A DNA stretch of 64,000 nucleotides from an uncultured Dehalococcoidia bacterium (GCA_964625945.1 CAZVDP010000013.1:17009-81008); one strand, 5' to 3'; counted from the first letter of the stretch, positions 18,617 through 28,047 are shown. Numbers and translations: made by a program. Notes: generated by a model from the letters alone, not told the origin.

Positions 18617-19505
18617 TAGTGCCGGATCTTCATGGTGGCAGCGTGTCCTAGGGTTTAACCAGATGAGCCCCGAAGAAGCCTCGGCTTCTGCCGAAACTAC
18701 AAGCCGTATTCAGCGCGTCATTCGTGCCCCACAGTCTTTCGCAGTTGCTTCAGAAGATGCTCCCCAGATTGGTCAGATCGAAGACCGGGATCAATCACCA
18801 GTTACGAAGGAATTATGGGGAAGAAACTTTACTCTGCCCACGGATCAAAGTTTGTTGGCTTCCGAAGTGGTCCCATTTGTCGAAGAACTGCTTGCTCGCA
18901 ACAAAGAACTTGAACAAAATGATTCTCCCACGGTCATGACGAACTACGTCCAGAAACTGATGGGCGAATTGCAGCAAGTCGAAGAATCAATTAAAAATCA
19001 GGCTCGTCGTGATGCTGAGGCGGAAGCTGCGAGGATTACGACCGAAGCTCGTCGTCAAGCTGGAGAGATGATCACCAACGCTCGGCGCGAGGCTGTCTCT
19101 ATGGCTTCGCAAGAGTCAGAATCTATATTGGCCGAAGCGCGTAAAAAAGTTGAGATCGTTGAAGGTCAGCTACGTCTCCACGCACAGTTGATGTTGGCAA
19201 AAGCTCGTGAACAGGTTGAGGAGCATATTAGGCGCGAAAGTCAGGGTGCTTATGACAGAGTCCTAGCGTCTCTAAGTGCCGTGATGGAAGAAGCCCAGCG
19301 AGTCGAGTTGGATTGGAAGAGCCAGACCTCCTCTCTATGGCGTTCGGATGAAATTAGAGCTTCGATAACCGACTTGGGCTTCTCTGCTTTCCCGATCATT
19401 AATGAAACTTTAGGCGATAGTGTGCCTGAATCAGGGCCTGCTGATGGTGATGAGAGTCCCTCAACTGGTTCAGAAAGTAATACAGAGTCATCCTCCGGAG
19501 CCTAG
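18564..19505 (+). CDS. DivIVA-like / ATP-synthase-b-like coiled-coil protein (paralog 2)
   Basis: 313-aa ORF, ~50% identical by eye to paralog 1 over the coiled coil (YVQKLMGELQQVEESIKNQARRDAEAEAAR... vs YLQRVMGEIQQVESTITAQIRRDSESEAAR...). N-terminal SSWWQRVLGF matches RKFWDRFLTG of paralog 1, which supports a start inside the 3' end of gene 1. Confidence 0.6.
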   Translation: MPMIWILRQEPDDPVPSNSAGSSWWQRVLGFNQMSPEEASASAETTSRIQRVIRAPQSFAVASEDAPQIGQIEDRDQSPVTKELWGRNFTLPTDQSLLASEVVPFVEELLARNKELEQNDSPTVMTNYVQKLMGELQQVEESIKNQARRDAEAEAARITTEARRQAGEMITNARREAVSMASQESESILAEARKKVEIVEGQLRLHAQLMLAKAREQVEEHIRRESQGAYDRVLASLSAVMEEAQRVELDWKSQTSSLWRSDEIRASITDLGFSAFPIINETLGDSVPESGPADGDESPSTGSESNTESSSGA

Positions 19506-19510
19506 CTAGG

Positions 19511-19529
19511 CTTCAAAAGGGTTTTGAAG
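19511..19529. terminator. candidate bidirectional terminator hairpin between convergent genes
   Basis: Perfect 8-bp inverted repeat CTTCAAAA-GGG-TTTTGAAG in the 32-nt gap between the paralog 2 stop and the hisB stop. The stem is AT-rich, so it is weak. Confidence 0.35.
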
Positions 19530-19537
19530 AGTCAGGT

Positions 19538-20137
19538 CTATCTAAGAGTCCCCTTAGAGCTGGGGACTTGATCAGGTGTACGTGGACTAATTCTTGAAGC
19601 TTCCGCTAAAGCTCTCGCCAGGGCCTTGAACAGACCTTCTGCTTTATGGTGACTATTTCGTCCGTACACGACACGTGCGTGGAGAGTAAACTTGCCCTCA
19701 ATCGCTAGAGTTTCTAGAAAATGTCTAACCATATCACCGGGAAGGTGCTCAACAAGCTCGTGGTTGAGTTGCGTATCCACCAGCGCATAGCCGCGACCGC
19801 TTAGGTCAAGTATTACCTGAGCGAGAGTTTCGTCAAAAGGCACGAAAGAATGGGCAATCCTGGTGATCCCACGACCGTCGCCAACTGCTTCGTGTATCGC
19901 GCGACCGAGTGCGATGGCAATGTCCTCGACGGTATGATGCCACCCTGTCTCCAAGTCTCCTTTGGCAGTTATTGCTAGATCGAGGGAGCCGTGTCGACTA
20001 AGCTGGACTAAGAGGTGATCGAGTGTTCCATTCCCACTCTTGATTTGATGCTTCCCCGTTCCATCCAAATTTAGGTCAACCAGGATGTCGGTTTCTTGAG
20101 TTTTACGATGGACAGAAGACTTGCGGGATTTCGTCAT
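19538..20137 (-). CDS. hisB: imidazoleglycerol-phosphate dehydratase (monofunctional)
   Basis: 199-aa ORF; RKTQETDI...GWHHTVEDIAIALG...HHKAEGLFKA motifs. No fused phosphatase domain. Confidence 0.92.
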   Translation of the reverse strand: MTKSRKSSVHRKTQETDILVDLNLDGTGKHQIKSGNGTLDHLLVQLSRHGSLDLAITAKGDLETGWHHTVEDIAIALGRAIHEAVGDGRGITRIAHSFVPFDETLAQVILDLSGRGYALVDTQLNHELVEHLPGDMVRHFLETLAIEGKFTLHARVVYGRNSHHKAEGLFKALARALAEASRISPRTPDQVPSSKGTLR

Positions 20138-21243
20138 GACATCTCCTCTATGACTTCTAACAGATTCTTAATCAGTGTGTCTGTCTGGTCGGGCTTTCCT
20201 ACACTGATACGTAAACAATCAGAGATGTGGGGATCTCTGAAGTGACGGATAAATACGCCTCTTTGGGCCAAAGCCGACTGTACTCTTGGTGCGATTCCGT
20301 CAGGGAACTGGCATAGTATGAAATTGCCTTCGGAGGGGAAGCAGTGAGCGCCAGTAACGTTCGCCGTTATCAACTCCGTCAAGCGTTCACGTTCTGCGAC
20401 TAGCATGTGGACTCTGTCCATTAGCAATTGTCTATCGGCGAGTGTAGCTACTAGGGCGGCTTCGGTTGCCACCGTTAGGTTGAACGGTGGTTTAATAGTC
20501 ATTAATCGCTCGATGATTACCGGGTTCATGATCCCGTACCCGAGCCTAAGTCCGGCGAGGCCCGCCCATTTGCTTAGGGATCGGAGAACCACAAGATTTT
20601 CGTATTTGCCAACAAGATGCGCAACCGTCTTCCCGCAGAACTCGAAATAAGTTTCATCTACCACAACTATCAGGTCCAATTCCAGTAGTTGCCGAATGGT
20701 CTTTTCGGATGAAATGTTTCCGGTCGGATTGTTCGGGTTTGCGAGGAACAGGAGTTTTGTGTTCTTCGTTATGGCTTTTGCGACTGCATCCACGTCGACG
20801 TCAAAATTTTTGGTGCGAGGTACTGAGATAACTTGCCCGCCCTGGGTTTCTACCACGATTGGGTACATGCCAAATGTCGGCGGGAGGTCGATTACTTCGT
20901 CGCCGATTCCAACGAATAATCGTGCAAGCAGATCGATCAGTTCATCCGAACCGAATCCAGCAATAATCGAATCCGCGTTCATCCCCACATATTCTGACAA
21001 TGCTTGTCTGACCCCTCTTTGTGCGGGATCAGGATATACGTGATACCAAGGGTGTGCTTGGAGAGCCAGCGCTACCTTCGGCGAGGAGCCATAAGGGTTC
21101 TCATTTCCATCTAGTTTGATAATCTCCGAAGCAGAGATGCCTAGTCGTGCAGCTAGCACCTCAGGTGGGTCTATTGCTGTATATGCTTTCATATTTTGCA
21201 GGTGTGTTTGGAAAAGATCTGTAACCCTCCGTCTCTCAGTCAT
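20134..21243 (-). CDS. hisC: histidinol-phosphate aminotransferase
   Basis: 369-aa ORF; LDGNENPYG...NPNNPTG...SLSKWAGLAGLRLGY motifs; ATGA overlap with hisB. Confidence 0.9.
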   Translation of the reverse strand: MTERRRVTDLFQTHLQNMKAYTAIDPPEVLAARLGISASEIIKLDGNENPYGSSPKVALALQAHPWYHVYPDPAQRGVRQALSEYVGMNADSIIAGFGSDELIDLLARLFVGIGDEVIDLPPTFGMYPIVVETQGGQVISVPRTKNFDVDVDAVAKAITKNTKLLFLANPNNPTGNISSEKTIRQLLELDLIVVVDETYFEFCGKTVAHLVGKYENLVVLRSLSKWAGLAGLRLGYGIMNPVIIERLMTIKPPFNLTVATEAALVATLADRQLLMDRVHMLVAERERLTELITANVTGAHCFPSEGNFILCQFPDGIAPRVQSALAQRGVFIRHFRDPHISDCLRISVGKPDQTDTLIKNLLEVIEEMS

Positions 21244-21245
21244 AG

Positions 21246-22604
21246 CTATTCCACCGTCTTTCTCGGATGACTATCCGCCTCTGCGGCAGGCATACAACGT
21301 AGTCGAAATGCTTCAGCATGGGCTCCTAACCCTTCTGCTTCGGCGATGATTTGTCCTGCTTCCGACAATTCTCGAACCAAGTCTGAATGCATTCCTACAA
21401 GGGACGTTACTTTGAGAAACTGATGGACCCCGAGTGGAGAGCTAAATCGGGCCGTGGCTCCTGTAGGCATGACGTGACTGGGACCTGCGACATAATCGCC
21501 CAGCACTTCGGGAGAACCGGACCCTATAAAGACGCCTCCGGCGTTTCGGACTCTGTCGACCCAATCCCAAGGGTTTGATATTGATAAACACAAATGTTCT
21601 GGTGCATACATGTTGGCGAGAGCGATTGCGTCTTCTAAGGTATCAACAATGATAGCCGTGCCTTGCCCATCAAGAGCCGATCGAGCGATTTGGTTACGGT
21701 TGAGCTGGGAGAGTTGGATTGAGACGGACTCCATCACATTGGCCAGAAATTGCTCCGAAGTAGTGATGATAATTGGTGATGCGAGCGGGTCATGCTCAGC
21801 TTGTGCGAGCAAATCAGCTGCGCAAAGGACAGGATCGGCGTCCTTATCAGCAATAATTATGGTTTCTGAAGGTCCATAAAGGCCGTCTACTCCCACCGTG
21901 CCGTAAACCATACGTTTGGCCAACGTTACGAAGATGCCTCCCGGTCCACATACCATGTCTACTTTAGTGATCGTTTCGGTACCGTATGCCATTGCAGCGA
22001 TCGCTTGTGCTCCACCAATCTGGTAGACGCGATCCACGCCTGCAATGTGTGCTGCCGCGAGTACCGATTCGTCTGGTGGTCCGCCTCGCGACATTGGTGT
22101 AGTTATGATGATCTCATTGACACCTGCCACTCTCGCGGGGATTGCGGTCATAAGCACAGAAGAAGGATAGGCTGCTGTTCCACCTGGGATATAAATACCT
22201 ACGCGTTCAAGCGGCGTGAATCGTTCGCCGTATCCTTGGATATTGTCCATCCAGCTTTCAGGAAGAGAAGCTTGATGGAAACTTTGAATACGCTTCGCCG
22301 CGACTTGCATAGCTTCCTTTAGTTTCGTCGGCGTGTTCTGGAATGCTATCTCCCAATCCGATTGAGGCACCTCTAGACAGGTTGGCTCAGTGCCATCCAG
22401 TTGCAAGCTGTATTTTCGGACCGCTCGATCACCATTCGTACGTACTTCTTCTAGGATTCGTGCGACGGCGTCGGCTGGTGACATCGCTTCTCCGAAGCGT
22501 TCGGCAAAGCTCTCACGCAAATTTTTTGGCACAAGTTGCCAGTCTTCTTGGATGCTACGTTTCATTCTCTGTTGCGCTTGTGTAAATCCCCGGATCACTT
22601 GCAT
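21246..22604 (-). CDS. hisD: histidinol dehydrogenase
   Basis: 452-aa ORF; GGAQAIAAMAYGT...GPSE...AEHD...YAPEHL motifs. Confidence 0.92.
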   Translation of the reverse strand: MQVIRGFTQAQQRMKRSIQEDWQLVPKNLRESFAERFGEAMSPADAVARILEEVRTNGDRAVRKYSLQLDGTEPTCLEVPQSDWEIAFQNTPTKLKEAMQVAAKRIQSFHQASLPESWMDNIQGYGERFTPLERVGIYIPGGTAAYPSSVLMTAIPARVAGVNEIIITTPMSRGGPPDESVLAAAHIAGVDRVYQIGGAQAIAAMAYGTETITKVDMVCGPGGIFVTLAKRMVYGTVGVDGLYGPSETIIIADKDADPVLCAADLLAQAEHDPLASPIIITTSEQFLANVMESVSIQLSQLNRNQIARSALDGQGTAIIVDTLEDAIALANMYAPEHLCLSISNPWDWVDRVRNAGGVFIGSGSPEVLGDYVAGPSHVMPTGATARFSSPLGVHQFLKVTSLVGMHSDLVRELSEAGQIIAEAEGLGAHAEAFRLRCMPAAEADSHPRKTVE

Positions 22605-23350
22605 GCTAAATACCCTTTTGTCGCTGAGATAGCTTCTTGAATTGCTGTTGATCGGTATAGTTCAATAGCCGATTCAGGAATAATTTGCTCGAGTTCTATT
22701 AACCCGGTCGGTATCGATGATAAAAAGTCTTCGGCTGCCTTCGTAGCTTGAGCATAGTCCTCTGGTGCTTGTCTTCTCTTTGCGAGGAATCGAAGCCGAT
22801 CCCATGAAAAGCCGGTGTCGCATAACTTCATAACCCATTGTTGCCAGTCAACGAGCATCTGATGATTAATGAAGCCGATGTCCATCTCTACCGTCGTCTC
22901 TCTTATTGTGGTGTATACGTCATCTGGAATCTCATGCGCAGCGATCTCGTCAAGTTTCAATTGAAGAGCTCGGTCCATGACTTTATTTATTACTGGATCA
23001 GGGATATGTGGAGTTTCGTCAAAATACGGTTCATAGACGCATGCCACCCAGGCGTGATCTGCGATCAAGTGGCAGATGTATCCCGCGACGAATGCTTGAG
23101 TAGAACTCGGTAACGTTGTCGAATCAGCCAGATGGGGGTTTTGATCGAACATCCCTCGAACTCCGCCTCGTAGATCGCTACAGTTAAACGGAGAGAAATG
23201 TGTTGAGGCACGGTCGCCTCGAGTCATCGCACGAATATCCGGTGTGGTACAACCAAGCAAGAAACTGCCCATTTCTCTTTGCAGAGTTTGGTTAAGCATG
23301 CAATTTTGAACTTGCAGTCCTAAGTGAATGTGCGTGAGTATGTTAGGCAT
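22595..23350 (-). CDS. uncharacterised His-rich metal-dependent hydrolase-like protein (resembles zinc-dependent phospholipase C / phosphoesterase family)
   Basis: 251-aa ORF; N-terminal MPNILTHIHLG, TTPDIRA, STHF, CHLIADHAW (His/Asp ligand-like positions). Overlaps the hisG stop by 8 nt and the hisD start by 10 nt. Family assignment is by eye only. Confidence 0.55.
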   Translation of the reverse strand: MPNILTHIHLGLQVQNCMLNQTLQREMGSFLLGCTTPDIRAMTRGDRASTHFSPFNCSDLRGGVRGMFDQNPHLADSTTLPSSTQAFVAGYICHLIADHAWVACVYEPYFDETPHIPDPVINKVMDRALQLKLDEIAAHEIPDDVYTTIRETTVEMDIGFINHQMLVDWQQWVMKLCDTGFSWDRLRFLAKRRQAPEDYAQATKAAEDFLSSIPTGLIELEQIIPESAIELYRSTAIQEAISATKGYLACK

Positions 23351-24392
23351 CGGGATTGTTGCCTATCATCGATTCGAGGTAATCGTATGAATTGCAGTTT
23401 CCTTGGAATAGATATTCCAAGGGGCTAACTGCAATTGCATCACCTCCCAGACTACGTAGGTGCTCGATAGCATCTTGTACTCTAGACCGTTCTACTATGA
23501 TTGTGGTTGAGTACCAGCCGATGCCTGTCTTAGCGTAGACAGCAGATACCGTGGGGCCCTTGGTTCCAGCGAGATCTGTCCGCGTGAGAATGCGCTCTGC
23601 TACGGAATCGGGTGACTCTCCTTGAACGTTCGCCGTGATGGAGCAGAATTGGAGCGCGCGTAGGTGAGCCTCCATTGCTTCGAGGACAGGTTTAACGCTC
23701 CTAGCTCTAAACGATTTACTTGCTAAGGCTTCTTGGTTGCCGATTAGACATGCTTGGGAGCTTAGAATTACTCCGTCATCAAGTGTTCGAAGTCCATTTT
23801 CTCGTAGAGTTGCCCCAGAAGCAGTAAGGTCTGCTATGAGGTCGGCGTATCCGATAGCGGGTGCCGCTTCAAGGGTGCCGCTGCTTAAAACAAGTGTGAA
23901 GTAGTTGATTCCTTTCTCATAGAGGAAGCTTTGAACTAAGCGTGGAAATTTGGTCGCGATTCTGAGCTCTCGTCCGGCTTTTCGGAATTCTATTGCTAAG
24001 TCGCCAAGATCGCTGATACTGGTTACGTCGATCCATAAATCCGGTACCGCAAGTACGAGTTCGCATTGACCAAAGCCTAGGTTGTCTAGAAGCACTATAG
24101 TCTTCCCTGTCACAATTCGCGATTCTTGGTAGCGGTCCATTCCAACTATCCCGATATCCGCAATTCCCTCTTCCACCTTGGTTGGGATATCTGCGGCGCG
24201 TTGGAAAAGAGCCATAGCATTGTCCACGCTACGGAACGTGGCCGTATAGCGCCGGGAACTAGGCCGAGAAATGGGTAAGCCGCAGGACGCAAGAAATTTC
24301 AGGCTCGGCTCCTGCAGCTCTCCATCACTAGGGACTGCCAAACGAAGCAGTCTATTGTCAGTTTGAGATTGAATGTTGTTGGGTTTCACCAT
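23343..24392 (-). CDS. hisG: ATP phosphoribosyltransferase, long form with C-terminal regulatory domain
   Basis: 349-aa ORF; LRLAVPSDGELQEPSLKFLASCGL, DIGIVGMD, ADLTASGATLRENGL, plus a C-terminal HisG-C-like segment (ITANVQG...VSAVY...IIVERSRVQDAIEHLRSLGG). Confidence 0.9.
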   Translation of the reverse strand: MVKPNNIQSQTDNRLLRLAVPSDGELQEPSLKFLASCGLPISRPSSRRYTATFRSVDNAMALFQRAADIPTKVEEGIADIGIVGMDRYQESRIVTGKTIVLLDNLGFGQCELVLAVPDLWIDVTSISDLGDLAIEFRKAGRELRIATKFPRLVQSFLYEKGINYFTLVLSSGTLEAAPAIGYADLIADLTASGATLRENGLRTLDDGVILSSQACLIGNQEALASKSFRARSVKPVLEAMEAHLRALQFCSITANVQGESPDSVAERILTRTDLAGTKGPTVSAVYAKTGIGWYSTTIIVERSRVQDAIEHLRSLGGDAIAVSPLEYLFQGNCNSYDYLESMIGNNPDA

Positions 24393-25788
24393 TACTTCCC
24401 ACGGTAACGATTGTATCTATGTTACGCTGCTTAGCATACACCTTTTGTACTGACCCCTTTGGGTTCACTAAGGAAACCTCGACCGAGTTCCCACTTTGTC
24501 GCAATTTTCGAGCGACTCTCAATGCATGATCATAGGATTGTGTGGTGGTTGGAATCACTAAGATCAAAGTACTTTTTCGGTCTGTTGCATTGATCGAATC
24601 CTGGCGGAGACTGTCTACTATTTGTTCTAGATTGTACGCGAAGCCGAGGGCTGGAACGTCTTTCGAGCCTCCAAGTGCTCGAATCAAATCGTTGTATCGA
24701 CCTCCACCGCCCAAGACGGATTGGGTATCTTCGGCGATTGTGCGGATTTCGAATACTAGCCCGGAGTAGTATGAAAGTTTTCCGACGAGCGCCAAATCTA
24801 GTTGTACACGGACATTTTCCAGATTATGCGACCTAAATACATTGATAGTCGTGTTGAGGTCGTCCAGCCCAACTGGTTTCAAGCCATGGGTGGTGATGAG
24901 TTGTCCAAGGTCCTGGATAACTGATTCTGGCTGGCCATGTAGCATTGATAAAGAGCGTGCAAATGTGAAGCAGCTTTCAACATTTTCAGGAGAGTCGCTT
25001 AAACGCATCTTCCAGAGCATTCGCGTACGGATTTCTTCAACGCTTCTGACACCTACCGATTGTGTAGTGGGTTCCGCTAACAAGTGACGAGTCAGATTTT
25101 CTAGTTCGGTATTGAGGGCAACTCTGTTAACAGCTGTTAAGGAATCCTTATCAACCAGAATTCCTAGCCGGCGTGCTTGCTCCATGACATTTTTGACGCT
25201 TGAATTTCCTTTTCTCAGTTCGGAGAGGTTGTTCAAAAGGAAGTTGCTAACGCGCTCTGATACATTGAATTGATTCAATAGACCTTGGACAATGCCTACA
25301 TTCCCTATAGATAATTCCAACTCACCTAACGGCAAGGTCTGCAAAGATTCGCAGGATAGGGCTAGAATCTCTGCATCATGGTAGGGCCCGTCTGCTCCGA
25401 TTAGTTCAGCCCCAATTTGTGTGAATTGCCTCAGGCCGGTCGACTGTTCACGCAGGTAACGGAAAACTGGCCCAGCATACTGCCATCGAACAGGGAAGAC
25501 TTCTTTTTCCGAGCGTTCTAAAAACATACGAATGATTGCTGCCGTGAACTCTGGACGCAGACTAACTCTTTCACCCCCGGGTTCGACGAATGTATACATT
25601 TGGGATGCAAGTCCGCCTCCAGATTTGCGGAGAAACAATTCTGTGAGTTCTAGCATTGGAGTATCGACAAGCTGGTAACCGTGCTGGCCCAGAGACTTGC
25701 GAAGTGTTTCTGAAGAGTGGTTGGCTGTGCTAATGTCTTCTTCGAGAAGATCAGGCATACTCGCTAATCTGCGTGTTATGTTTACCAT
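24358..25788 (-). CDS. hisZ: HisS-like protein, probable ATP phosphoribosyltransferase regulatory subunit HisZ (anticodon-binding-like domain retained)
   Basis: 476-aa ORF; class-II aaRS HisS fold (LRPEFT, GGGGRYNDL), but motif 2 reads FRYLREQSTGLRQFTQ instead of FRxERPQxGRxRQFxQ, and RGLDYY is replaced by GKLSYY. Sits immediately upstream of hisG and overlaps it. Confidence 0.75.
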   Translation of the reverse strand: MVNITRRLASMPDLLEEDISTANHSSETLRKSLGQHGYQLVDTPMLELTELFLRKSGGGLASQMYTFVEPGGERVSLRPEFTAAIIRMFLERSEKEVFPVRWQYAGPVFRYLREQSTGLRQFTQIGAELIGADGPYHDAEILALSCESLQTLPLGELELSIGNVGIVQGLLNQFNVSERVSNFLLNNLSELRKGNSSVKNVMEQARRLGILVDKDSLTAVNRVALNTELENLTRHLLAEPTTQSVGVRSVEEIRTRMLWKMRLSDSPENVESCFTFARSLSMLHGQPESVIQDLGQLITTHGLKPVGLDDLNTTINVFRSHNLENVRVQLDLALVGKLSYYSGLVFEIRTIAEDTQSVLGGGGRYNDLIRALGGSKDVPALGFAYNLEQIVDSLRQDSINATDRKSTLILVIPTTTQSYDHALRVARKLRQSGNSVEVSLVNPKGSVQKVYAKQRNIDTIVTVGSNGETQQHSISN

Positions 25789-25865
25789 ATAGATACTCCG
25801 TTAACGTCAAGACCAGATCACTATTTTAGTCAAAGCAGTCTGTGGCTTCAATGGATACCACCACA

Positions 25866-26642
25866 CTATCGAAGCGTCACTTCCCCAGCAGGGAGTGATA
25901 TCTTCGTGCCGTCAAGCCGTTGGACTATGAGGTTTCCGTCGTCATCCACTGTTTTGGCTATACCATTCTCAGAGCGATTTCCCCAACGGACTTCAACGTG
26001 TTTGCCTAGTGTTCCCACATGTGGAATCCATTCTCTCAAGACTGACCGCCCCCCGCGGATTTGAGCGTACAGCTTATCGAATTGTGTCAGGAAGTCTCTC
26101 AATAGTGCCAGGCGAGAAACAGCTTCGTCGAGTTCTCTCTTTAGACTGGTGGCCATTTGTCGCACGTGCGGAGAAGTACTTGGATCGAAGTTTACGTTTA
26201 TACCAATCCCTATAATCGTATACGTTTTACCGTCTTCATCAAGGTGACTCTCTATCAGGATTCCTGCGAGCTTTTTCCCTGAGATCTGGATGTCATTTGG
26301 CCACTTGATCGTAGCCTTCAGTTGGGTTACAGATTCGATCGCTCGAATGATGGCGAGACTAGCGGCCATGTTCACGTTAGGAGTTTCCTTTAAAGTTGGC
26401 CGTAGGAGGATCGTGAAATTTAAGCTTTCCCCAGGTTTAGAAATCCACGAGCGGGAAAATCTTCCTCTCCCCGCAGTTTGGGTTTCTGCTATTATGAGCG
26501 TTCCTTCAGGAGCCCCTCGATTCGCCTCTATGTGAGCGATATCCATAGTTGAGGTCGTAGTTCCTAGTGAGACGACTGAACTGCCCATCAAGGTAGTGGG
26601 GAGTTGTTTAGTTATCTCGGACGGGCCTAGTTCCTGGCTCAT
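25866..26642 (-). CDS. birA: biotin--[acetyl-CoA-carboxylase] ligase (no N-terminal HTH)
   Basis: 258-aa ORF; GRGRFSRSW, KWPNDI motifs. Confidence 0.85.
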   Translation of the reverse strand: MSQELGPSEITKQLPTTLMGSSVVSLGTTTSTMDIAHIEANRGAPEGTLIIAETQTAGRGRFSRSWISKPGESLNFTILLRPTLKETPNVNMAASLAIIRAIESVTQLKATIKWPNDIQISGKKLAGILIESHLDEDGKTYTIIGIGINVNFDPSTSPHVRQMATSLKRELDEAVSRLALLRDFLTQFDKLYAQIRGGRSVLREWIPHVGTLGKHVEVRWGNRSENGIAKTVDDDGNLIVQRLDGTKISLPAGEVTLR

Positions 26643-26659
26643 GACCTTAAATACAGCCT

Positions 26660-28012
26660 CTAGGTTCGCAGCATTATATCTTGGCCTAAAGTTCTCTCAC
26701 ACCAACCTGCAACCTCAATCAACCTTTGCTCTCCGAACATTGGTCCTGCCAGTTGCGTTCCGATCGGTAACTTCGACGAATCCAATCCTGATGGAATTGA
26801 GATAGCTGGAATCCCCGCTGACGTCCAGGGGCCCTGAAAGATGGGCGGACCTGTCGTTCCAGTGGTACGAAGCGGAGCTTGGGTCGGCGTGCTCGGACTG
26901 AGTAACACATCCACAGATTCGAAGCATTCTTGTAACTTTCGTCTAAAGATCACTCTTGTCCTCTGCGCGGTCGCGTACGTATGTGCGGGTGTTTGTAGGC
27001 CTTTCTCTATCAGTGCCGCGATCTGTGGCGGATAAAGAGATGAATCAGTGATGTAACTCGGACCGTGTTCGGTTGCGACATCCACATTAAAAGTAGTTGT
27101 TGTGGCATCATGAAGTTCTTCCAAATCTGATTCCGAGAGGATGTTTCTGGTAATCCGCGCTCCCGCGTCACTGAGTTTGTTCACGACTACATTCATATGG
27201 CTTTTGGTTTCCTGATCGCTGTGCTGGAAGAAGAACTCTTCTACTATACCGATCCGTGGTGAGAAACTCTGACATTTGAATCGCTCTACAGGCTCGAAAG
27301 AGTTGGTGGCGGAAACTGGATCTCTCGCATCGTACCCGGACATAGCTCTCAAAAGCAATTCGGCATCACTTACAGTCCGCGTTAGGATCCCGACGGTGTC
27401 GAGGGTCCAGCCGAGAGGAATGACTCCATGAAGGCTGATGCGGCCAAATGTTGGCTTCAGTCCGACTATCCCGTTGTAGGCGGCTGGACGCAACGTTGAT
27501 CCTACGGTTTGTGATCCAAGTGCTGCAGGACACATTCCCGTTGACACCGCTACAGCAGAACCGCTGCTAGAACCACCAGGTGTACGATCGGCGTCCCATG
27601 GGTTAAGAGTGGGTGAAGGATCAGATGCCGCATATGGTGTAGTCACTAGCTTGCCCATCATAATGGCGCCGGCATCTTTCAAGCGAGAAACGCAGGTCGC
27701 GTCATAGGTAGGGACGAAGTCAGCGTAACGAGAGGAGCAGGCTGTCGTTTTTGTCCCGGCTGTGTAAAAGATATCTTTGAGTCCAATCGGGACTCCATGG
27801 AGTGTTCCGATTCGTGAACCATTTTCAAGCAGTTTCAAGGACCTCTTGGCTTCGTCTCGTAGGGCTTCTCTATCAATGCTCACCCAGGCGTGAAATTGGG
27901 GATCAAGTTGTTCTGTACGGAGCAGTAAGGCATCCACAAGTTCTAGTGGAGAAATCTGGCCGCTCCGTATCTGTTGAGCGGCTTCGGTAACCGATAGTTC
28001 GTGATATTCCAT
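26660..28012 (-). CDS. amidase-signature family amidase (GatA-like)
   Basis: The track shows a 611-aa ORF (to 28495), but homology starts at ATG 28012 (MEYHELSVTEAAQQIRSGQISPLELV), preceded by GGAG. Amidase signature GGSSSGSAVAV. The upstream part of the ORF is rnpB. Confidence 0.85.
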   Translation of the reverse strand: MEYHELSVTEAAQQIRSGQISPLELVDALLLRTEQLDPQFHAWVSIDREALRDEAKRSLKLLENGSRIGTLHGVPIGLKDIFYTAGTKTTACSSRYADFVPTYDATCVSRLKDAGAIMMGKLVTTPYAASDPSPTLNPWDADRTPGGSSSGSAVAVSTGMCPAALGSQTVGSTLRPAAYNGIVGLKPTFGRISLHGVIPLGWTLDTVGILTRTVSDAELLLRAMSGYDARDPVSATNSFEPVERFKCQSFSPRIGIVEEFFFQHSDQETKSHMNVVVNKLSDAGARITRNILSESDLEELHDATTTTFNVDVATEHGPSYITDSSLYPPQIAALIEKGLQTPAHTYATAQRTRVIFRRKLQECFESVDVLLSPSTPTQAPLRTTGTTGPPIFQGPWTSAGIPAISIPSGLDSSKLPIGTQLAGPMFGEQRLIEVAGWCERTLGQDIMLRT

Positions 28013-28047
28013 TCCGGGACTCCATTTCTCTTGAGATCTATGGGATG

